A stretch of DNA of 64,000 nt, taken from Acidobacteriota bacterium (lineage in GTDB: Bacteria > Acidobacteriota > Vicinamibacteria > Vicinamibacterales > Fen-181). The notes below the pieces were generated by a model that was given only the letters and a program-made list of their open reading frames with translations, was not told where the DNA came from and searched no databases. The position numbers and the translations under genes are program-made. The stretch is taken from the NCBI GenBank assembly GCA_017883185.1, contig JADGOB010000005.1:1644-65643 (forward strand). The letters are read 5' to 3'. Below are positions 1-9,508 of the stretch, one piece after another (the first letter of the stretch is position 1; the number at the start of each line of letters is the position of its first letter).

Positions 1-797
1 ATGTAGGGGCATTCGTTGCACGCGCACCCGTTGTCGGGCGGCGCCGGGATGAACAGCTTGTCCGGGCGCGCCTTCTTCATCTGGTGGATGATCCCCGGCT
101 CGGTCACGACGATGAAGCTGGCGGCCGGGCTCGTGATCGCGTAGTTCAGGATCGACGTCGTCGATCCGATATGATCCGCCAGCCGCAGCACGCGTTCCTC
201 GCACTCCGGGTGCGCGAGCACGAGCGCGTCGGGATGCTCCGCCTTCAGCCTGATGATCCGGCGCTCGGAGAAGGTGACGTGGACCGAGCACGACCCGGGC
301 CACAGCACCATGTCGCGCCCGGTCTTCTTGATGACGAAGCGCCCGAGATGTTGATCGGGCGCAAACAGGATGGGGCGGTCCGCCGGAACCTGGCGCACGA
401 TCCGTTCGGCGTTGCTCGACGTGCAGATGATGTCGCTCAGCGCCTTCACGCCGGCGCTCGAGTTGATGTAGGTAATCACGGTGTGGCCGGGATGCGCGCG
501 CACGAACTGTTCGAACTGCGGGGCCGGGCACCCGTCGGACAGCGAGCACCCCGCCGCGAGATCCGGGAGCAACACGAGTTTGTCGGGATTGAGGATCTTC
601 GCCGTTTCGGCCATGAAGTGCACGCCACAGAAGACGATCACCGACGCCTCGGTCTTCGCCGCCGCCTGTGCGAGGGCCAGGCTGTCGCCGATGACATCCG
701 CGATGTCCTGGATGTCCGGTTCCTGGTAGTAGTGCGCCAGGATGATGGCGTTCATCTCCTGTTTGAGGCGGGCGATTTCGGCAAAGAGATCGATCAT
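1..797 (-). CDS. nadA: quinolinate synthase NadA (N-terminal part; the gene runs off the left edge of the window)
   Basis: Absent from the ORF track because it is open at the window edge. My minus-strand translation from ATG (complement of 795-797) reads [44 protein letters not shown]...[15 protein letters not shown], a canonical NadA N-terminus. The listed + ORF 84..818 is its Arg/Asp-rich antisense shadow. Confidence 0.85.
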   Translation of the reverse strand, partial: MIDLFAEIARLKQEMNAIILAHYYQEPDIQDIADVIGDSLALAQAAAKTEASVIVFCGVHFMAETAKILNPDKLVLLPDLAAGCSLSDGCPAPQFEQFVRAHPGHTVITYINSSAGVKALSDIICTSSNAERIVRQVPADRPILFAPDQHLGRFVIKKTGRDMVLWPGSCSVHVTFSERRIIRLKAEHPDALVLAHPECEERVLRLADHIGSTTSILNYAITSPAASFIVVTEPGIIHQMKKARPDKLFIPAPPDNGCACNECPY

Positions 798-933
798 GGG
801 GTCCCTGCCTGGGGTTGAAAAACGCTGTTGTTCCGTCTCCGGCTAGTTTAACGTAGATGACGGATTGCCGCCGCCACGAGCGAAGGACCGAAATCCCGTG
901 CGGACGGGCGGCCTGCGGTTGCGCCTGCTGTGG

Positions 934-2100
934 ATGATGTTTTCAACTCGTGTACCAACCGACCTTGCTCCCAATCGCCTCACCACGGCCGAGCTGACGC
1001 TTCGAGCGCGCGGTCTCAGGCCGATCGACCTGACCGAAACGAACCCGACCCGTGTGGGCCTCGCCTACCCGGATGAGTTCCTGACGGCGCTCTCCGCGCC
1101 CGCCGGGCTGGCCTACGATCCGCACCCTTTCGGTCTCCAGGGCGCCCGGCTGGCCGTTGCGGAGGAGCTCGGCGCCGGCGGCCAATCCGTAGACCCCTCG
1201 CGCGTGATCCTCACGGCCAGCACGAGCGAGGCCTATTCGTTCCTCTTCAAGTTGTTGTGCAATCCCGGCGACCAGGTGCTGGTGCCGGTTCCCAGTTACC
1301 CGCTATTCGACCATCTTACGCGCCTCGAACTGGTCGAGGTGCGCCAGTATCCGCTCGAGTATCACGGCACGTGGTCGATCGACGTGGACGCGCTCGAGGC
1401 GGCCGTGACGCCCCTCACGAGGGCGGTGCTCGTGGTCAGCCCGAACAACCCGACCGGGTCGACGCTCGGCCGTCGTGACCTGGCGGCGCTCGCGCGGCTC
1501 TGCGCCTCACGCCAGCTCGCGCTGATTGGAGACGAGGTGTTTGCCGACTACCTGCTCGACGCCCGAGCGGACGCCGCGCGGGTTCTGGACCAGGCCGAGG
1601 CGCTGACCTTCAGCCTCGGCGGGCTCTCGAAGTCGGCCGGCATGCCGCAGATGAAGCTCGGGTGGATCGTGGCTGGCGGACCCGCGACGCTGGTCGAGGC
1701 GGCGCTGGCTCGCCTCGAGATCGTGTGCGACGCGTTCCTCTCCGTCTCCACCCCGGTCCAGCAGGCGGCGGGCGACCTCCTTGCGGCTGGCCGCCAGATC
1801 CGCGCCCTGATCCGAGAGCGGATCGCGGAGAACCTGCGGGACCTGCACGCGCTGATCCTCCAGCATCCGTCGTGCTCGGTCTACCGCGTGGAGGGTGGCT
1901 GGTCGGCCGTCATTCGCGTGCCCGCCATCCGCCCGGAAGAGACCCTGGTGCTCGACCTGCTCGAACAGGACCTAGTGCTCGCTCATCCCGGCTACTTCTT
2001 CGATTTTCCGCACGAGGCGTTCGTCGTGGTCAGCCTGCTGCCGCAACCCGGAGACTTCCGGGCCGGCGTGACTCGGCTGCTGGCCCGCGCCTCCCACTGA
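934..2100 (+). CDS. class I/II PLP-dependent aminotransferase (alanine/aspartate aminotransferase-like)
   Basis: ORF 865..2100. It contains NPTGS, a SKSAGMPQMKLGW PLP-lysine motif and DLTETNPT near the N-terminus. I trimmed the start to the MMFSTRVP Met; the upstream TTG start is unlikely. Confidence 0.8.
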   Translation: MMFSTRVPTDLAPNRLTTAELTLRARGLRPIDLTETNPTRVGLAYPDEFLTALSAPAGLAYDPHPFGLQGARLAVAEELGAGGQSVDPSRVILTASTSEAYSFLFKLLCNPGDQVLVPVPSYPLFDHLTRLELVEVRQYPLEYHGTWSIDVDALEAAVTPLTRAVLVVSPNNPTGSTLGRRDLAALARLCASRQLALIGDEVFADYLLDARADAARVLDQAEALTFSLGGLSKSAGMPQMKLGWIVAGGPATLVEAALARLEIVCDAFLSVSTPVQQAAGDLLAAGRQIRALIRERIAENLRDLHALILQHPSCSVYRVEGGWSAVIRVPAIRPEETLVLDLLEQDLVLAHPGYFFDFPHEAFVVVSLLPQPGDFRAGVTRLLARASH

Positions 2101-2108
2101 GGGAACGG

Positions 2109-3686
2109 ATGTCGCTTGCCGCCGGCCGACACGCAGGGCTTCTCATCCCGTTGTTCTCCATGCCGTCGCGCGCGAGCTGGGGCATCGGCGAGATCGGTGA
2201 CATCCCGTTCATCGCCTCCTGGCTGCGCGGCGCCCGGCAAGACTTGCTGCAGCTGCTGCCCATCAACGAAATGGCGATCGGTCAGCGTTCGCCCTATTCG
2301 GCGATGACGGCGATGGCGATCGATCCGATCTTCATCAGCGTGCATGAGGTGGCCGACTTCCAGCAACTCGGTGGGGAATCGGCGATGGACCGCGACTGGC
2401 AGCAACGCCTGGCGGATGCCCGTCGTTCGCCCGCGATCGACCATGCACTTGTGCGCAGCGTGAAGGAGCCCGCCCTCCGCGCGGCCTTCGACGAGTTCGT
2501 TCGCCGGCATCGGGAGCCGGCCACCACCAGGGCGCGCGCGTTCGACGCCTGGTCGCGCGAGCAGTCCTGGTGGCTGGACGATTACGCGCTGTTCCGCGCG
2601 CTGCACGCGCATCAGCAGGATCGCGCGTGGAGCGAGTGGCCCGCGCCGCTGCGCGACCGCGACCCGGACGCGTTGGCAGGCGCCCGCCGGGAGCTGGCGC
2701 GAGAGATCCTCTACCGAGCGTGGCTCCAGTGGATCGCCGACACGCAGTGGCACGACGCGAAGGCGCAGGCGCGGCCGGTGTCCCTGATGGGCGACCTCGC
2801 GTTCATGGTTGACGGCGACAGCGCCGACGTGTGGGCCCAGGCTGCGTCGTTCATGCTCGACGCCTCGGTGGGCGCCCCACCCGATGCATTCAGCGAAACA
2901 GGACAGAACTGGGGCGTGCCGGCCTACCGCTGGGGCCTGCTGGCCGAGCGCGATTTCGCCTGGCTTCGCGAACGCGCGCGCCGGACCGCGTCGCTGTTCG
3001 ACGGCTACCGCGTCGACCACGTCGTCGGTTTCTACCGCACGTACGTGTTTCCGGACGACGGCTCGCCCGCCTTCTTCACGCCCGCCGGGGAAGCGGCCCA
3101 ACTCGAGCTTGGCGAGACCGTGCTCGCCATCTTCGGCCAGGCTGGGTCGCGTATCACCGCCGAGGATCTTGGCACGGTGCCAGATTTCGTGCGTCGGTCG
3201 CTCGCGCGGCTGGGCGTTCCTGGGTACAAGGTTTTCCGGTGGGAACGGCACTGGGAGACCAAGGGCCAGCCCTACCGTGACCCGTCCGCCTACCCCGCCG
3301 TGTCCGTGGCGACGTCGGGCACGCACGACAACGAGCCGACGGCTGCCTGGTGGGACAGCCTCGACGCTGACGAACGCGCCGCGGTCCTCGCGACGCCCGG
3401 CGTGGCCGAGCGCGTTGGAGTTCTCGACGAGGCGGCAGACGCCTTTTCCCCGGCCCTGCGCGACGCCATGATCGAGGTTCTGTTTGCGTCGGGGTCCGAC
3501 TTCCTCCTGCTCCCGGTCCAGGACGTGTTCGGGTGGCGCGACCGCATCAACATCCCGGCGAGCCGGGGTGATCACAATTGGACGTGGCGCCTTCCCTGGC
3601 CGGTCGATACCTTGGCCTTGCAGTCGGAGGCCGTGGATCGTGCCATCGCGTTGCGGGCCTGGAGCGAACAGTACCGGCGGGGATGA
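2109..3686 (+). CDS. malQ: 4-alpha-glucanotransferase (amylomaltase)
   Basis: Real part of ORF 1662..3686, from MSLAAGRHAGLLIPLFSMPSRASWGIGEIGDIPF...LLQLLPINEM, with YRVDHVVGF and TSGTHDNEP motifs typical of MalQ/GH77. The upstream 149 codons overlap the aminotransferase and are Arg/Pro-rich junk. Confidence 0.9.
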   Translation: MSLAAGRHAGLLIPLFSMPSRASWGIGEIGDIPFIASWLRGARQDLLQLLPINEMAIGQRSPYSAMTAMAIDPIFISVHEVADFQQLGGESAMDRDWQQRLADARRSPAIDHALVRSVKEPALRAAFDEFVRRHREPATTRARAFDAWSREQSWWLDDYALFRALHAHQQDRAWSEWPAPLRDRDPDALAGARRELAREILYRAWLQWIADTQWHDAKAQARPVSLMGDLAFMVDGDSADVWAQAASFMLDASVGAPPDAFSETGQNWGVPAYRWGLLAERDFAWLRERARRTASLFDGYRVDHVVGFYRTYVFPDDGSPAFFTPAGEAAQLELGETVLAIFGQAGSRITAEDLGTVPDFVRRSLARLGVPGYKVFRWERHWETKGQPYRDPSAYPAVSVATSGTHDNEPTAAWWDSLDADERAAVLATPGVAERVGVLDEAADAFSPALRDAMIEVLFASGSDFLLLPVQDVFGWRDRINIPASRGDHNWTWRLPWPVDTLALQSEAVDRAIALRAWSEQYRRG

Positions 3687-3905
3687 CGCCTTCCTGACGA
3701 CCCCACGCAAGATGCCGTCAGTCTTGGTGGGGCGTTTGACCAAGCCCATTTCGCGATCACAGCTTTTGCTCGGGTCCGCCGGAATCGTTAACGGTCCAGA
3801 GCGCCGGCCTTTCGCGATCCGCCCGCATTTCTTCGAAAATCCACGATATTTCGATAGGACGCTGGCACCGGCCTGTGGTTCTACTCTTGCAAGACATTTT
3901 GTCGC

Positions 3906-5537
3906 TTGTCACATTCCGGGACGTGGCATGACGAGAGACACGAAGAGATAGCGAGGCCTGACGTGCAGACATCAACCTTCGTGGACGGACTTGGACGCCG
4001 ATCGCGGACGCTGGAGCCGACCGGTGAGGAGGTCGAGACGCTCCGCTTGTGCAGGGAGCTATCCGAGTCGGCCGCCACTGAAGCCGCGCTCATCGAGTGC
4101 GCTGGTCGTCTCGCCGCCTTCTCCCATCCCTCCTTCGCCCAAGTGCGCAAAGTCGAGCGCCTGGGCGGGCCGCTCGGCGGACTCGCGGTCATCTCGACCG
4201 CCGTCCCCGGGGTCCGACTCTCCGAGGTTCTGCGGCACGCCCAGCGCAAGTGGGTGACGCCGGACCTCGATGCCGCAGCGTGCCTGCTCGACCAGATCAC
4301 CGGCGCGCTGGCCGATTTCCACCGCCACTCCGTGGATTTCGCCCACGGCGCCCTTGGCCCGGAACGGATCGTTGTCCGGCCCGACGGCCGCGTGGTGATC
4401 GTCGAACACGCGCTGGCCCCGGCGATCGAGCGGCTGCAGCTGGGAAGGACGCCGCTCTGGACGCAATTCCGCGTTGCGGTGCCCGCCGTCGCCGGCACGG
4501 CACGCTTCGACCAGCTGACCGATGTCGTGCAGCTCGGGGTACTCGCCCTCGCCCTGGCGCTTGGGAGGCCGATCCGCCGCGACGAATACCCCCACCGGCT
4601 ACAGGACCTGATTGCCGAGGCTTCGACCCCCGATCCGCTCGGCGAGCGGCCGACCCTCTCGAGGTCGCTCCGCACCTGGATCCTGCGGACGCTCCAGCTC
4701 GAAACGCGCTCCTCTTTCCGGACGGCAGCAGATGCCGAGACCGCGCTCGACGCCGTACTGGCCGAAGAACCGCGCCCGAAACCCGGGTTCGCGGCCGTAG
4801 CCAGGTACCTCGCCGCGTGCGCCCCGGGGCCGGACGCCGAACAACCGGCTCCATCAATCGTGGCGGTGCCTGCCGCCGGCGACGTCGTGCCGGCGACTGC
4901 TACCGAAGCCGAATGCGCGGTCGGAACGATCACGGCCACGGACCGGTTTGCGACCGTTCGCGTGTTCCGCCCGGCGACCCCCGTCCCGGAACCGCTGTCC
5001 GCTGATTCACCCGCGCCCGTTGAAACAGTCGAGCTGTCATCCGCATCCCGCGGTCACCAGGTGGTGCGGGTCATGACGGATGCCGCGCTCGCATCGCTTC
5101 GATACGCGCGGGCGTTCGACCGGACGTTCTCGCGCTCCGCCCTGCGCGTGACGATGGTGTCGATCGGCCTCGTGGCTCTCTACGGCGTCACCTACCTGGG
5201 CGCCCGCGGATATCTTGGCCTACCCGGCTTGATCAGCGGTCGAGGCACTCTCGTCGTCGAATCGCGCCCCGCCGGCGCCGACCTCTACGTGGACGGGTTC
5301 CCGAGCGGGCAGACGCCAGCGACGCTGGAGTTGCCCGCCGGCGAGCATACGCTCGCGCTCCGTACAGGCACGGGCACGACCCTTGTTCCCGTGATGGTCG
5401 TGGCCGGCGCGCGAAGGGTCGAGCAGATCACGGTCCGTCAGCGCCGACGGGCGCCGCGCTCCGTCGCACCGCCGCGCCCCGTCGTCATCTTGCCAGGCGG
5501 AACGACCCCGTTGCCGGCGGAGCGCCTTCAGCAGTAG
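3906..5537 (+). CDS. membrane protein with a degenerate Ser/Thr-kinase-like (pseudokinase) domain and a C-terminal PEGA domain
   Basis: HGALGPERIVVRPDGRVVIVEH occupies the HRDLKPxN...DFG position, so the catalytic Asp and the DFG motif are missing. There is a TM segment (VTMVSIGLVALYGVTYLGA) followed by a PEGA-like motif (LVVESRPAGADLYVDGFPSGQTPATLELPAGEHTLAL). The start is uncertain: TTG at 3906 or in-frame GTG at 3963 preceded by GCGAGG. Confidence 0.6.
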   Translation: MSHSGTWHDERHEEIARPDVQTSTFVDGLGRRSRTLEPTGEEVETLRLCRELSESAATEAALIECAGRLAAFSHPSFAQVRKVERLGGPLGGLAVISTAVPGVRLSEVLRHAQRKWVTPDLDAAACLLDQITGALADFHRHSVDFAHGALGPERIVVRPDGRVVIVEHALAPAIERLQLGRTPLWTQFRVAVPAVAGTARFDQLTDVVQLGVLALALALGRPIRRDEYPHRLQDLIAEASTPDPLGERPTLSRSLRTWILRTLQLETRSSFRTAADAETALDAVLAEEPRPKPGFAAVARYLAACAPGPDAEQPAPSIVAVPAAGDVVPATATEAECAVGTITATDRFATVRVFRPATPVPEPLSADSPAPVETVELSSASRGHQVVRVMTDAALASLRYARAFDRTFSRSALRVTMVSIGLVALYGVTYLGARGYLGLPGLISGRGTLVVESRPAGADLYVDGFPSGQTPATLELPAGEHTLALRTGTGTTLVPVMVVAGARRVEQITVRQRRRAPRSVAPPRPVVILPGGTTPLPAERLQQ

Positions 5538-5549
5538 ACTAGCACCGAG

Positions 5550-6809
5550 ATGCTCAGATGGGCGGTGGTGGTGGGGCTTACGCTGTGCGTGGTCCCTGGA
5601 TCGGCGTGTGCTCGGAAGAGCGAGCCGGTGCGGAACACGCGCCAAGCCGACATCCATCTCGTACCCGAGAGCGAGTTGATCAACGGCCGCGTTCCCCGCA
5701 ACGCCACCCTGGCCAGCCTGCTGCAGTCCTCCCGGCTTCGCCCCGATTTGATTCCGGCAATTGTGTCGATGACCGGAAAGGTCTTCGATCCGCGGCGGAT
5801 GAAGGCCGACCACACCTACCGGCTGGAACGAACGCCAGGTGGCCTGGTCCGCTGCTTCGAATATGAGATCGACGCCGACCGATTCCTCCGGATCCTCGGC
5901 CCATCCGACCGCCAACCGGACGAGTTGACCGTCGAACTGGTGCCTTACCAGAAGCAACGGGCACTCTCTTCGGTGCGAGGGGAGATCTCGAAGGCGTCAC
6001 CGTCGCTGTTTGCCGCGATGCACGATGCGGGTGAAGGGCCGGACCTGTCGGTGGAACTCGCGGATATTTTTGGCGGCGAGATCGATTTCAACTCGGACCT
6101 GCAGCCTGGCGATAGCTTCAGCCTCACGTTCGAGAAGGTGTACCGCGAAGGAGCGTTCTTGTCATACGGGGCGGTACTGGCGGCCGAGTTCTCGAACGAC
6201 GGGCGCGTGCTGAAAGCGGTGCGGTACACGATCCCGGGCGGCAAGCCGGCCTACTACGACGACCAGGGGCGGTCGCTGAGACGGTTCTTTTTGAAGTCGC
6301 CTCTCGAGTTTGCCGCACCGGTCAGCTCCCGATTCTCGAACGCCCGCATGCACCCGGTACTGCGCATCGTGCGACCGCACCTGGGGGTGGACTACCGAGC
6401 CCCGTCGGGCAGTCCGGTCGTGGCCGTGTCGAACGGCACCGTGGTGTCGGCGGGATGGAGTGGAGAGGCGGGCCGGCTGGTCCACATCCGGCACTCGAGC
6501 GGCTACGACACGCTCTACATGCACCTGTCGTCGATCGCGGTGCGAGCCGGACAGCACGTGGCGCAGGGCGAGTTGGTCGGCCGGGTCGGCATGACCGGGC
6601 TCGCCACCGGTCCGCACCTCGACTACCGGGTGAAGAAAGACGGTCGATACGTCAACCCGCTTGTCGTGCTCCGCTCTCTTCCACCCGGAGAACCGATCCC
6701 GGCGTCATCCCTCGCGCAGTTCCAGGCCGAGCGTGCCCGCGTGATGTCGCTGCTCGTCCGCCCGTCCGCCGACGCGGTCAACGCCGGGGGACAGACCTCC
6801 AGTCCTTGA
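5550..6809 (+). CDS. M23 family metallopeptidase (LytM/NlpD-like), lipoprotein-type signal
   Basis: N-terminal MLRWAVVVGLTLCVVPGSAC. The C-terminal part has HLGVDYRAPSGSPV...LYMHLSS...GMTGLATGPHLDYRV, matching the HxxxD and HxH M23 signatures. Confidence 0.85.
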   Translation: MLRWAVVVGLTLCVVPGSACARKSEPVRNTRQADIHLVPESELINGRVPRNATLASLLQSSRLRPDLIPAIVSMTGKVFDPRRMKADHTYRLERTPGGLVRCFEYEIDADRFLRILGPSDRQPDELTVELVPYQKQRALSSVRGEISKASPSLFAAMHDAGEGPDLSVELADIFGGEIDFNSDLQPGDSFSLTFEKVYREGAFLSYGAVLAAEFSNDGRVLKAVRYTIPGGKPAYYDDQGRSLRRFFLKSPLEFAAPVSSRFSNARMHPVLRIVRPHLGVDYRAPSGSPVVAVSNGTVVSAGWSGEAGRLVHIRHSSGYDTLYMHLSSIAVRAGQHVAQGELVGRVGMTGLATGPHLDYRVKKDGRYVNPLVVLRSLPPGEPIPASSLAQFQAERARVMSLLVRPSADAVNAGGQTSSP

Positions 6810-6846
6810 CACCCATTCAGGCTTCAGGTAATTAAAGGTTACTTGG

Positions 6847-6875
6847 TGGCCTTCTGGCCTCCAGCCTCCAGCCAT
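6847..6875 (+). repeat. imperfect tandem heptamers (TGGCCTTC TGGCCTC CAGCCTC CAGCCAT)
   Basis: Read directly from the sequence. Lies in the 117-nt gap between the M23 stop and the DUF1015 start. Confidence 0.6.
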
Positions 6876-6926
6876 CGTAACCCTCTGCGCTGCCCGGCAA
6901 GCGGGCGGCCCGCCGCGAGTCATCAG

Positions 6927-8150
6927 ATGTCTACTATTCGTCCGTTCGCCGCACTCAGACCATCGCCCTCGAACGTCGACCGTGTGTCCGCCGTCCCCTA
7001 CGACGTCGTCAATGCCGAAGAAGCGAGGGCCATGGCCGCTGGCAACCCCCTCAGCTTCCTGCACATCTCGCGCGCGGAGATCGATCTCCCGCCCGCGACC
7101 GACCCGTACTCGGACGCTGTCTACAACAAGGCGCTCGAGAACTTCACCAACCTCCGCCAGGCGGCGCCGCTGGTGGTCGAGGATGTGCCCGCCGTGTATT
7201 TCTACCGGCTGAAGATGGGGAATCACAGCCAGACCGGCCTGGCCGCCTGCTACTCGGTGGGCGAGTACGACATTGACCTGATCAAGAAGCACGAGAAGAC
7301 GCGGCGCGACAAGGAAGACGACCGCACGCGGCACATCAGCACGCTTCGCGCGCAGACCGGGCCCGTCTTCCTGATCTATCGCGCGTCGAAGGCGATTGAC
7401 GCGGTCGCGGACACGGTGACAGGCGGTGCGCCACTCTTCGATTTCGAATCTGCCGACCAGGTTCGCCACACCGTGTGGAAGGTGACGGGGGCGGACCTCG
7501 CCGCGGTCGTCAAGGCGTTTGGCGAGCTGCCGTGCGTCTACATTGCGGACGGGCATCACCGGGCCGCCAGCGCGGGCCGCACGCGGAAGTACCTGGCCGA
7601 GAAGTCGCCGAACACCGACAACAGCGAGGCCAACTGGATGCTGGCCGTCGCGTTCCCGGACAACCAGACCCAGATCCTGCCCTACAACCGGGTGGTCAAG
7701 GATCTGGCCGGCAAGACCCCCGAGGCATTCCTCGCCGAACTGAAGATGCGCGTCAAGGTGGCGGACGGGACGCCGAACCCGACGAAGAAGGGCGAAGTGG
7801 GGATGTACCTGGCCGGCAGCTGGTATACGCTGTCTCTCGAGGCGGCTGCCCGCGCGACCGATGTCGGCAGCACGCTGGACGTGAGCCTGCTGCAGGACCA
7901 GGTGCTCTCGCCGCTGCTCGGCGTCGGCGACCCGCGGACCGACAAGCGGATCGACTTCGTCGGCGGCATCCGCGGAACCTCGGAGCTCGAGAAGCTGGTG
8001 AATGGGCGCAAGGCGGCGGTGGCGTTCTCGATGTTCCCCGTGGGCGTCAACGACCTGATTCGAATCGCGGATGCCGGCGAGATCATGCCTCCCAAGTCCA
8101 CCTGGTTCGAGCCGAAGCTTCGTGATGGCCTTCTCACTCATCTCATCTAA
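6927..8150 (+). CDS. DUF1015 family protein
   Basis: Real part of ORF 6843..8150, from MSTIRPFAALRP. It has the AVPYDVV and YIADGHHRAASA (DGHHR) motifs characteristic of DUF1015. Confidence 0.8.
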   Translation: MSTIRPFAALRPSPSNVDRVSAVPYDVVNAEEARAMAAGNPLSFLHISRAEIDLPPATDPYSDAVYNKALENFTNLRQAAPLVVEDVPAVYFYRLKMGNHSQTGLAACYSVGEYDIDLIKKHEKTRRDKEDDRTRHISTLRAQTGPVFLIYRASKAIDAVADTVTGGAPLFDFESADQVRHTVWKVTGADLAAVVKAFGELPCVYIADGHHRAASAGRTRKYLAEKSPNTDNSEANWMLAVAFPDNQTQILPYNRVVKDLAGKTPEAFLAELKMRVKVADGTPNPTKKGEVGMYLAGSWYTLSLEAAARATDVGSTLDVSLLQDQVLSPLLGVGDPRTDKRIDFVGGIRGTSELEKLVNGRKAAVAFSMFPVGVNDLIRIADAGEIMPPKSTWFEPKLRDGLLTHLI

Positions 8151-8152
8151 CC

Positions 8153-8172
8153 GGACGCGGGTAGCCGCGTCC
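8153..8172 (+). other. intercistronic GC hairpin between DUF1015 and serA
   Basis: GGACGCGG-GTAG-CCGCGTCC, a perfect 8-bp stem. It starts 3 nt after the DUF1015 stop and ends 14 nt before the serA ATG, with AAGGATGG as the SD. Confidence 0.5.
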
Positions 8173-8186
8173 AAGGATGGACAGCC

Positions 8187-9452
8187 ATGAAAGTGCTTGT
8201 TGCTGACAAGTTCGAAAAGAGCGGGATCGAGGGGTTGACGACGGCGGGGTGCGAGGTCATCTTCGAGCCAGACCTGAAGGACGCCACGCTCACGGAAGCC
8301 ATCGGGAAGACCGGAGCCGACGTGCTCGTCGTGCGCTCCACGCAGGTGACCGAGCCGATGATGGACGCGGGCAAGCTCGCGTTGATCGTCCGCGCGGGGG
8401 CCGGCTACAACACGATTGACGTGAAGGCGGCCAGCAAGCGCGGCATCTACGTGTCGAACTGCCCGGGGAAGAACTCGATCGCGGTGGCGGAGCTGGCCTT
8501 CGGCCTGATCCTGGCCCTCGACCGCCGTATCCCGGACAACGTCGTCGAGTCGTTGCGCGGCAAGTGGAACAAGAAGGAGTACTCGAAGGCGAGGGGGTTG
8601 TATGGCGCCACGCTCGGTATCCTCGGCTTCGGAAAGATCGGGCAGGAGCTGGCCAAGCGCGCGATGGCGTTCGGCATGAACCTGGTGATCTGGAGCGAGC
8701 TCGGCGTGCGCGTGGACCGCGATTCCATCCCCGTGGACCTGCCGCTGCTGTTGCAGGTCAGGCCTGGTTCTGGCGCGCTCATCGAAGAGCGCATCACCGT
8801 CGTCGAGACGCCGGGCGAGGTCGCGGAGAAGTGCGACATCCTGAGCATCCATCTCGCGTCGAGCGCGGCGACGAAGAACATCGTCAACGCTGACGTAATC
8901 GGCAAGCTGAAACCGGGTGCGTTCGTCATCAACACGGCGCGCGCGGACGTGATGGACTACAAGGCGCTGGCGAAGGCCGTGAAGGAGAAGGGCGTCCGCG
9001 CGGGGCTGGACGTCTATCCGGGCGAGCCGACGAGCGCAACCGGCGACTTCGCCCAGGAACTGCTGGGGCTGCCCGGCGTGTACGGCACGCACCATATCGG
9101 CGCCTCGACCGACCAGGCGCAGGAAGCGATTGCGGCCGAAACCGTGCGGATCGTGAAGACCTTCAAGGAGACCGGCCGCGTCCCGAACGTCGTCAATCTT
9201 GCCAAGAAGACGCCGGCGAAGTACTCGATGATCGTCCGCCACAAGGACCAGCCGGGGGTGCTCGCCTGCGTGTTCGGGAAGCTTGGAAGCGCCAAGATCA
9301 ACGCGCACGAGACCGAGAACATCGTCTTCGAGAACGCCGAAGCGGCCATCGTCCGTATCAACGTGGACAAGCAGCCGCCCGCCGAGCTGGTGAAGTCGCT
9401 CGAGACGTGCGACGGCATCCTCGAGGTGACCGTGGTCGAGCTGGTCGGGTAA
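8187..9452 (+). CDS. serA: D-3-phosphoglycerate dehydrogenase with C-terminal ACT domain
   Basis: GILGFGKIGQELAKRA NAD-binding motif, INTARADVMD, and HHIGAST catalytic His region. The C-terminal ~70 aa are ACT-like (MIVRHKDQPGVLACVFGKLG...). Confidence 0.9.
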   Translation: MKVLVADKFEKSGIEGLTTAGCEVIFEPDLKDATLTEAIGKTGADVLVVRSTQVTEPMMDAGKLALIVRAGAGYNTIDVKAASKRGIYVSNCPGKNSIAVAELAFGLILALDRRIPDNVVESLRGKWNKKEYSKARGLYGATLGILGFGKIGQELAKRAMAFGMNLVIWSELGVRVDRDSIPVDLPLLLQVRPGSGALIEERITVVETPGEVAEKCDILSIHLASSAATKNIVNADVIGKLKPGAFVINTARADVMDYKALAKAVKEKGVRAGLDVYPGEPTSATGDFAQELLGLPGVYGTHHIGASTDQAQEAIAAETVRIVKTFKETGRVPNVVNLAKKTPAKYSMIVRHKDQPGVLACVFGKLGSAKINAHETENIVFENAEAAIVRINVDKQPPAELVKSLETCDGILEVTVVELVG

Positions 9453-9508
9453 GGTATCCTGTAAGGGCTTTTGGCCATTAATCGATTTTTCTTGAGGAGA
9501 TCATCCCA

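Noticed and set aside
84-818. 244-aa + strand ORF at the left edge
   Set aside because: Its composition is Arg/Asp/His-rich with no recognisable motifs. The opposite strand encodes an unmistakable NadA N-terminus, so this is an antisense shadow ORF.
3862-3878. TGGCAC motif as a sigma54 -24 element upstream of the pseudokinase gene
   Set aside because: The position where the -12 TTGC should lie reads TGTG. A second TGGCAC at 54265-54270 (rpsU/purD divergent region) likewise lacks a correctly spaced GC element. I did not call either a promoter.
8690-8780. About 20-aa extra segment in SerA (ELGVRVDRDSIPVDLPLLLQVRPGSGALIEE) between the NAD-binding glycine loop and the HL(A/P) strand; considered as a pair of compensating frameshifts
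   Set aside because: The other two frames contain a stop (TGA) or Arg-rich nonsense and do not restore a canonical sequence. The reading frame is continuous with good motifs on both sides. I treat it as a lineage-specific insertion of unknown significance.
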